From: Eledone cirrhosa
Taxonomy: Eukaryota
DNA length: 64,000 bases
Reading direction: 5' to 3'
Assembly: GCA_964016885.1 (NCBI GenBank)
Contig: OZ024747.1
Coordinates: 20,336,001-20,400,000 of the forward strand
Numbering within the stretch: position 1 is the first letter of the stretch; each line of letters opens with the position of its first letter. The position numbers and the translations under genes are program-made. The notes under the pieces are model-generated. The model was not told the DNA's origin, searched no databases, and was given only the letters and a program-made list of their open reading frames with translations. Positions 55,714 through 64,000 of the stretch are shown here, one piece after another.

Positions 55714-56623
55714 GTAGGAGGTGAGTTTTATTGTAGTACAATTTCATCCTTAATTTATTATTATTGTAGTACAATTTCATCCTTAATTTATTATTATTTT
55801 TTTCTCCCCATCAACGAACTCATTATTAATACATATGAATTCAATATACAAACTTTAACTTCACATTATTTTTCTCAAATCCTTCTACACATAAACTTTT
55901 TTTCTCTTTGCTAATTTTGAAATTCCCACAATACATACATTTCTTCTTTTGACGTTAGAATATTCACCCACAATTATTATTTTTTTCTCTCTATCTTCAT
56001 ACATAATTTCCCTTCGTTAATTTTCAAATTCCTTTAATTTATACATTATCTTCCAACGGTTCCCAACCTCTCTATATTAAAACATTATATCTTTTTCTCA
56101 GTTATAAAAACTATCTCTTTCTCTCTATCACCCATCTCTCCCTTTCCACCTTCACTCTCATCTCCTCCCCTTTTTTTCATCCTTTCCACCCCACCCCCCT
56201 CCCTAAATAAAATATTTTTTCCTCGCACATATCCTCCCTTCGTTAATTTTCAAAATTTTTAATTTATACAGTATCTTCCAACGGTTTTCAACCCCTCTAT
56301 ATAAAATATATCTCCTCTCAGTTATAAAAACTATCTCTTTCTCTCTATCACCCATCTCTCCCTCTCATCTCCTTCCCTTTTCATCCTTTTCTCCCCCCCC
56401 TCTCTAAATAAAATATTTTTCCCAATATCACACATCAATCTAAAACCACTTTTCATATGTTGATTTAAAACTGCACTATCAACAAGTGTTTTTTTAGCCT
56501 TCATATCATGTTCTCCTGTTTTATCTGATGAAAACACAAATATTATTGTTTGATGATGTTTGTTTTTGAAATGCGCATAATAAAATATATGGAACTCCTT
56601 TAACCATCTTTTGATCTTATATT
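55713..56623. mobile_element. Family H copy: short tail arm on minus plus ~870-bp arm on plus; HHR at 56519-56585
   Basis: 55714-55742 is the reverse complement of the tail end at ~46026-46054. 56457-56623 matches 45801-45966. 33-bp junction duplication and ~227-bp internal duplication. Confidence 0.8.
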
Positions 56624-56642
56624 ATATATATATATATATATA

Positions 56643-57251
56643 TCGTTTCTGAATTTCTTTAGCAAGATTCTTTATCTGAAAACGTGTGTTGAAACCGATA
56701 TTGTTATGCTTTGGGAGGGTCATGTTGCCAATAAGAAACAAACGCACCAGTTGCTTTCATTCGAATTTATTATAAATTCAATTCATAAATTTAAGAATTT
56801 ATAAATTTCTTGTTGGTTGGTTGGTTCCACAACCAGACGATTGTTCATATATTGTCAAAGTTCTTTCGTCACACATTCTGTGACCTCTTCAGTGACTGGG
56901 GATTCTTTTCTTTGTTTTTGTGCCTCTCCTTTGTTCCGTCCTAGGCCATCTTGTTTTTGTGTATGTTGAGTGCTTAGTTTGCGCATGTGTTACATCCGGG
57001 TGTCTGTGTGTGTTTATATTTGTTTATTTATTTGTTTATTTACATGTTACTTAATCCGCAGTCACTGAAGAGGTCACGGAATATGTGACGAAAGAACTTT
57101 GACAATATATGAACAATCGTCTGGTTGTTGAACCAACCAACCAACCAGAAATTTATAAATTCTTAAATTTATAAATTTAATTTATAATAAATTGGAGTGA
57201 AAGAAACTGGTGCGTGTGTTTCTTATTGGCAACATGACCCTCCCAAAGCAT

Positions 57252-57258
<7 letters not shown>
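56643..57258 (-). mobile_element. Fold-back HHR retroposon (family K): ~200-bp arms, 160-bp spacer and tail
   Basis: 56699-56897 is the inverted copy of 57059-57258. (TA)n flanks. Confidence 0.85.
57061..57103 (+). ncRNA. Minimal type I hammerhead with an extra nucleotide after A9 (mirror copy ~56853-56895)
   Basis: GTCA-CTGAAGA-g-GTCAC-GGAATAT-GTGAC-GAAA-GAAC-TT-TGAC. Confidence 0.75.
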
Positions 57259-57282
<24 letters not shown>

Positions 57283-57287
<5 letters not shown>

Positions 57288-57527
57288 TAAAATAACAGAT
57301 TAAAGTTTAAGCAAAGAATCGCTGCTTTCGCCTTTAACGGGATCTTCTGAAACTAACAAAGTCTTTGTTAGTTTCAGAAGATCCCGTTAAGAGTGAAAGC
57401 AGAGATTCTTTGCTTAAACTTTCATCTGTTATTTTAATAAATATTTGCTCTACGGTTCTTATATATTTGATATATATTTATCCTTATCGAGCCCTCTTTG
57501 GATTTTAGTCTTCAAATTTATTATTAT

Positions 57528-57531
<4 letters not shown>
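57283..57531 (+). mobile_element. Family D copy; HHR at 57370-57420
   Basis: Palindrome centred at ~57361, CAGAAGA core, and the same tail as the other D copies. Confidence 0.85.
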
Positions 57532-57600
<69 letters not shown>

Positions 57601-58155
57601 AGTATTTGAGTGTGTGTGTGCTTTTTTGTGTGTGCGCGTTTCCATGTGTGTGATTGTGTGTGATATGGTGGAAATATAAAAGTCTTCACCGAGTTACCCT
57701 TCTATCGAATTCCATTCAGAATATCTGTCAATAAAGGATCAGAGGATAAGACCTATACACAGAAATGATACCTTGCAGCAGGATTGAAACAGAAAGCATA
57801 TCACTGTGAAGTGAATAATGTAAGAAAAAGACTATGTTTTCCGATATCGTAATATAATTTAGTGTACATATCCTAGATATGTGAACTCTGTATGAAAGCA
57901 TAAATATTAGGATTTCTCTTATGATATTAATCAAATATGTTGATACATTTGCCATTTGTACAAGCAGCTGCTTGTGTACTTTAATACACAAAATTTGTCT
58001 TATAAATATTTATTGTACAAACATACATTCCGTATAAATTGGTAAATCATTGTTTATATGTATATATGTATTTGTGTGTGGTATATGTATAAACTGCAAA
58101 ACACTTGTATATAATATATAACGTATACTACAGAGACACGCATACAAACACACAT

Positions 58156-58189
<34 letters not shown>

Positions 58190-58196
58190 GTGTATA

Positions 58197-58279
<83 letters not shown>

Positions 58280-58486
58280 TTGTATCTATGTATATATGTA
58301 TAATGCTGTACCTTTCTAAGTGAGAAGAACGTTTATAGTAACTTAATCAATATATCTAGCGAATACAGTGCCATATTGTTTTTCGTTTGATGGATTAAGA
58401 GAATCGTAATGAGATTAATTTTCTTTACAAGTGGCTGGTATATATATATATATTTTTTTTTTCTTTTTTCCAGTTTCAACATGACT

Positions 58487-58540
<54 letters not shown>

Positions 58541-59689
58541 ACATGTTGAAACTGAAAAACCTTCCTCAACGTAGAATGCTATGCTTCCCCTTTGACACTT
58601 TATAATTCCTGCTATATTTGCTTTTGTTGCAGTTGCTGTTGGTATATAAATATCTTAGAGTATAAGAAGCGATTTCAGAATGATTTGGTTACTATTTCCA
58701 CGCCACCATATATATGTTTATTTGTACGTTCCTTCACTTGTTGATATACAGTGTTAAAGATATTTGTTTCTAATCTACAACGTCATCGATGGTACAACTT
58801 CACATTCAGAAAGAATATCAGGCGAGGAAAACGAAGCATGTTGACAATAATTCTGTCATAGATGCTAACAAATTATATCGAATATAACAGCATGTGTGTG
58901 ATTTTAATAACAATTCAATTTATGAAAATATTATCAAGGAACAACGATTGGGACATATTTTCCCACTTTTATTGGATTTTTGTTTATGTGTTGTTTATTT
59001 TATTTATTCTTCTCTCATTTATCTCTACGTAATTGTTAAGGGAATCTATAACGTTGATGTGAGTGGTTTTTGATTGTATGTCCATAATATTGACCACCAA
59101 TAGCCTGTACCTGAATAAATGGCCTAGAAAGAAGACAAAAGGTTTATAATGGTACAAAGGAATTCTTTCGCATGAAAATACATTAATCAGCACTTTGGGA
59201 AATGAGTTTATCAATTTGTATCACTTGCAGTGCATTGGAATTAATTAGGGGCTAGCGAAGGACATAAACGAAGATTTATGGGATTGAGAGAATGGTTTGG
59301 TTGATGATGGTAGCTATTGTACTACTGGGGTGGAGGTCATGATGATGATAATGAGGGGGAGGGGTGATATGTGATGGATGATGGAGGAGAATGAGAATAT
59401 TAACATAGATGATTACGAAAATAAATATTTTGATGATAATGAAGCGGTGAGGAAAGGGGTGGCTGTTGATTATAGTTATGACAATTATAATAACAAGAAT
59501 GATAATGGAAGATGACGATGCTGAAAATGTCAAATGCCGTTATAGTATCTACAAATGGTGATGAAGACTAAGCTGATGGTGATGATAATAAAGGAAACGG
59601 AGGAGGTGAAGGTAGAGGCAAGGACAGTGGTGATGAGAACGATGATGATGATGATGAGAACGACGACAATAACGATAACGATCTTGATA

Positions 59690-59826
59690 AATGTTTCTAC
59701 TTTTGGCGCAAGGCCAGCAATTTCCCCAGTGCATTACTGGTACTTTATTTTATCGACCCCGTAAGGATGAAAGGCAAAGTTAACCTCGGCGGGATTTGAA
59801 CTCAGACCATAAAGGGACGTAACTCT
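59690..59826 (-). mobile_element. Nin/Deu-domain SINE
   Basis: Reverse complement of the 27805 family. Confidence 0.85.
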
Positions 59827-59992
59827 GATCTTGATAATGATAAAAACAATGGAGTTAAAAATGTCAATGATGATAAATATGATAATGTGACGATGATCAT
59901 GATGACGATGAAGACAATGATGACAAACTGATGACAAGGGGGATGTTTGCTACAGACTATGAGGATTATCATAATGGTGATGACACTGTGCT

Positions 59993-60175
59993 AATAATTG
60001 TTTCTACTTTTGGCACAAGGCCAGAAATTAACCAGTGTATTACTGGTACTTTATTTTATCGACTCCGTAAGGATGAAAGGCAAAGTTAACCTCGGCGGGA
60101 TTTGAACTCAGAATGGCAAGGGCCGTAACTCTATGCGTCAAAGCATGGCGTCCGACCCTCTACCGATACTGCCAA
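59993..60175 (-). mobile_element. Nin/Deu-domain SINE
   Basis: Nearly identical to 18790-18970. Confidence 0.88.
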
Positions 60176-60224
60176 GGATAAACATCGTGACGAAAATGAC
60201 GCTGAAGATGAGAAGAGGGAAAAG

Positions 60225-60238
60225 GAGGATGGTGATGG

Positions 60239-60278
<40 letters not shown>

Positions 60279-60287
60279 GATGATGGC

Positions 60288-60318
<31 letters not shown>

Positions 60319-60337
60319 GTGACGGTGATGGTGACGG

Positions 60338-60388
<51 letters not shown>

Positions 60389-60404
60389 CGGCGATGATGA
60401 TGAC

Positions 60405-60446
<42 letters not shown>

Positions 60447-60472
60447 GATGAGGATGATGATGATGATGGCGG

Positions 60473-60508
<36 letters not shown>

Positions 60509-60678
60509 CGGCGACGACCACGATGAACATGTTAGTGAGGATGAGGTGGATGGCGGAGGATGAGGACGAGGAGGATGAGAAGGATGATGCTGATGATGAT
60601 GATGATGATGATGACGACGATGACGATGATGATGATGATGATGACGACGATGACGATGATGATCATGATGATGATGAC

Positions 60679-60716
<38 letters not shown>

Positions 60717-60885
60717 CATAGATGACGATGACAATGAGAATGACGAGAATGACGAGAATGAGGACGGATGACAATTATGAGAGAGTTAGCGGCAGAGCAT
60801 GAGTGGATTATTTATACAAAGATAGGGAATAACAGAAGGAGGAGGAGGAGGAGGAGGAGGAGGAGGAGGAGGAGGAGAGGGGGAG
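60225..60885. repeat. (GAT)n and (GAG)n trinucleotide repeats
   Basis: Direct inspection. Confidence 0.95.
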
Positions 60886-61222
60886 AGAAGAAATGTGAGT
60901 AAGAAGGAAGTAAAAGAGGAAAGTGGTTGCATGTCAACACCCTTCATATGTCAAGTTGACCATGGCCAAATGGAATATGATAATCAGCCGAATATGTCCT
61001 CCAGCAAATAAAGGTCTCAAAAGTTACTTTGTGCAATGACTGTGTAATCAATGTTTACTGTTGATTTAAGAGTTTATTCACAAAGAAAATAATATTCATG
61101 TAGGGAGCAGTGAATATATTACATACATACGCCAGCTACATACAGTATTAATATACAAGAGAAAGATGTGCTGAACATAGAGCTAAATATAAGATATAAA
61201 AGGAGAGAAAGAACGTGTTAGT

Positions 61223-61270
<48 letters not shown>

Positions 61271-61300
61271 GGATAAGCATATATATGGATATGTTTATAC

Positions 61301-61332
<32 letters not shown>

Positions 61333-62718
61333 GCTCATATATGCATATGCTCATATATATATGAGCATATGCACATATGTATGTATATAAATATATATAT
61401 ATATAAACCGATAGTTATTCGAGACCGAAGGATGCCAATGCCATAACATAATACGTGTGCATATTTTTATCTTAAATAGAAATGAATTCTGCAGGACTAG
61501 ACGTGTTTAATGCATATGAAATCATCAGGAAATCATACGAATGAAACAGTTCTAGTTATGTAGAAGTGATTTCTATATAAAGTAAATCTGGATTTTCTGT
61601 ATCAACTTCATATAGAGTACCTATCTTAACTGGTCTATTCGAACCACATCGGTAATCCACTGTCGATTATATACATAAATTCACACATTCGCTCGCGCGC
61701 ATATGGACTTACGACGCAAATACGAACAGTCTCAAGAAGAAAAAATAAATATTGTCTGTGTTTGAAGTTCACGTTTTTAGTGGGCTCTTTTGGGCCCTGG
61801 GTTCTTTCATTTGCAACATAAAAACAAGCCGAACTCGTGCCTAAGGTATGGAATAATGTTATTTATTCGCAGAATTGAAAAAGGACATATTTTCTTTAAC
61901 ATTTTATTGTCATTAGCTTTACAGTATTTAAATTCATTGGTACTAGTTATATGTACTGTATATGTATATATATACGTATATATATAGATGTGTGTGCGTG
62001 TGTTTATGTGTGTGTGTGTGTGTAATCGAATTTATAAAAGAAAGATGTCATCATATACGAGTATATGTAGAGGTAGATTTTGATGAGGTTTTTATGTATT
62101 CTGGGATCTAACGGAAAGTTTCCTCAACAGTTTAATTGCTGGACTGTACGATGCAGAATGTTTAGATTTTAATTTCGCAATCACTGAGTATGTATGTTTG
62201 GTTTGGTAACTAATATCTTCGATTTGGTATTTGCAAAATAACTACAGAGGGGAAATTTTCATTGTTTCAAATAGAATTATATTTAACATTAAGCCACCTG
62301 AGATTACACACAACATTGCTGCCGCTTGTAGTTTCTTTTATATAAAATTCTTTCACAAACTTTTAATATCCAATGATGTTTCACACGTGACAGTCGTGTA
62401 TCATATGTACGACTTACAACACGGTTGACATTTAGAAAATCGGCAACTTTCAGTAAAACTTGTTAAATACTTTTCGAAAAAAAAAAAATCGATTAGTATA
62501 TTGTTAATTTAACACGGAAAAGATATTAGCCTGTTATATAATTAGTGATGAAAATTACTTTATGTGGCAATTACAATTTATTTATATAATGTATGCAATA
62601 AAATAAACGAAAGCGAAAGAGGACATCTCTATATTAAAAGTGAAGGAAAGGGTGGGTGAGGGAGAGGCAGACACTACACACCAAAAGAAGTGGTGTATCT
62701 CAGCTGTGCCAAGCGGAT

Positions 62719-64000
62719 AATAATAATAATAATGAAATTATTGTGTACAGTGCTCAGGTGCACTACAACTCATCAAAGGTGCATGTATAGTACGTAGAAT
62801 AACGTACAAATGTCAGGAAAATGAACAGTGTATGACTCATGATATAATAATAATAATAATAATAATGAAATATTGTGTACAGTGCCCAGGTGCACCACAA
62901 CTCATCAAAAAGTGCATGTACAGTACATAGGGCAATGCACAAACATCAGTAAAATGAACAGTGCACGAGTCATGATACACACATGTGTGCATGTGTATGG
63001 AAGGGGTACATCAGGTGTAGTTTTGGCGTATTTCGGGAAGCATGAGTGTCTTAAAGGATGCAGTGTCTCGAAAGCTAACAACTGACGCAGGCAGTTTGTT
63101 CCATGCTTCAGCAACTCTGAGCGTGAAAAAATGTCTACGAAAGTCATGGGAGCTGTGCTGTTTTCTGATTTTGTAGGCATGTCCACGTGTGTTAGACACA
63201 TGGAGATCAAAAAGGTGCTCAGGGTTGCAATTGGCGAGATGGTTAATAACTTTGTGGGTATTCACCAAGTCCATTGCCAGTCCATTCACCAAGTCCATTG
63301 CCAGTCCAATGAATCCATGCCCACAGAAGCAAGGCGTTCAGAGTATGGTAGGTGTCTGATGGAGGGTATGCGCTTGGTTGCACGTCTCAGAACAGTTTCC
63401 AGGAGGTCAATGTTCTGAGCAAGATAGGGGTTCCAGACTGATGATGCGAATTCCAAGTGTGGTCGTACCATAGCTGTATACAGTTTTAAATAGATGGCTG
63501 GAGAGCGGCTAACAAAGGTCTTGCTGAGTGATGCCAAGACACCCTCGGCCTTCTTGACAATCTTAGAGACATGCTTTGTCCAACGCAAATCGCTGCTGAC
63601 AGTAATGCCCAGGTCACGTTCACAAGAGGACTTCTTGATATCAGTGTTGTGGAGGGAGTATGTGGACGCTGGATTTTTCCTTCCAAAATGCATGGTGGTA
63701 CACTTGTCCACAACCGACTTCAGTTGCCAGTCTGTGATCCATTGCTGCATTGTGTCCAGGTCTGATTGTAGGAAAGAGTTGTAAATTTCAGGATCAGTCC
63801 TTTTGATTTCAAGGTACAGCTTGATGTCATCTGCATATTTCAGTACCGTGGCATTCTGTAAGTTGGCATCTATGTCATTAATATATGCCACAAACAAAAG
63901 GGGACCAAGAACAGATCCCTGTGGTACACCAGATGACATCTCATATGGTGAAGAATGCTGTCCTACAACCGTGACTACTTCTTTTCGGCTGAGAATGAAG
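62719..64000 (-). mobile_element. CR1-clade LINE 3' portion with duplicated 3' end (62719-62845); continues beyond the window
   Basis: SGVPQGSVLGPLLF..YINDI..YADDIKLY..ERDLGI..LYTAMVRPHLEFAS.VWNPY. C-terminus TRGH..FFTLRVAEAWNKLP. 24-bp duplication at 63261-63308 lies at the frame break. (ATT)n tails. Confidence 0.93.

Overview
AT-rich, microsatellite-saturated animal genomic DNA. The repeat content (Nin/Deu-domain tRNA-SINEs, CR1, RTE and Tx1-like LINEs, very long (TA)n/(CA)n/(GATA)n tracts) suggests a cephalopod such as Octopus; this is an inference. No intact host gene is recognisable, and most ORFs in the track are microsatellite artefacts. The dominant hidden structure is about 10 distinct families of short retroposons inserted in (TA)n tracts. 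Many are fold-back palindromes and most carry a type I hammerhead ribozyme (HHR) that can be folded by eye. One copy retains the C-terminal GIY-YIG endonuclease of a Penelope-like element (PLE), which identifies the likely mobilising machinery. Two families have a CAGAAGA (U4A) core and two loci have a U3-A8 core. Two loci are terminally redundant, ORF-less 371-bp and 504-bp units resembling retrozymes or mini-PLEs. Also present: a frameshifted Tx1-like ORF2 targeting (TATC)n, an internally deleted mariner with ~103-bp inverted ends, non-autonomous Helitrons, short RTE derivatives, a 16-bp satellite, and exon-like relics of possibly decayed genes. All folds and alignments were done by eye.
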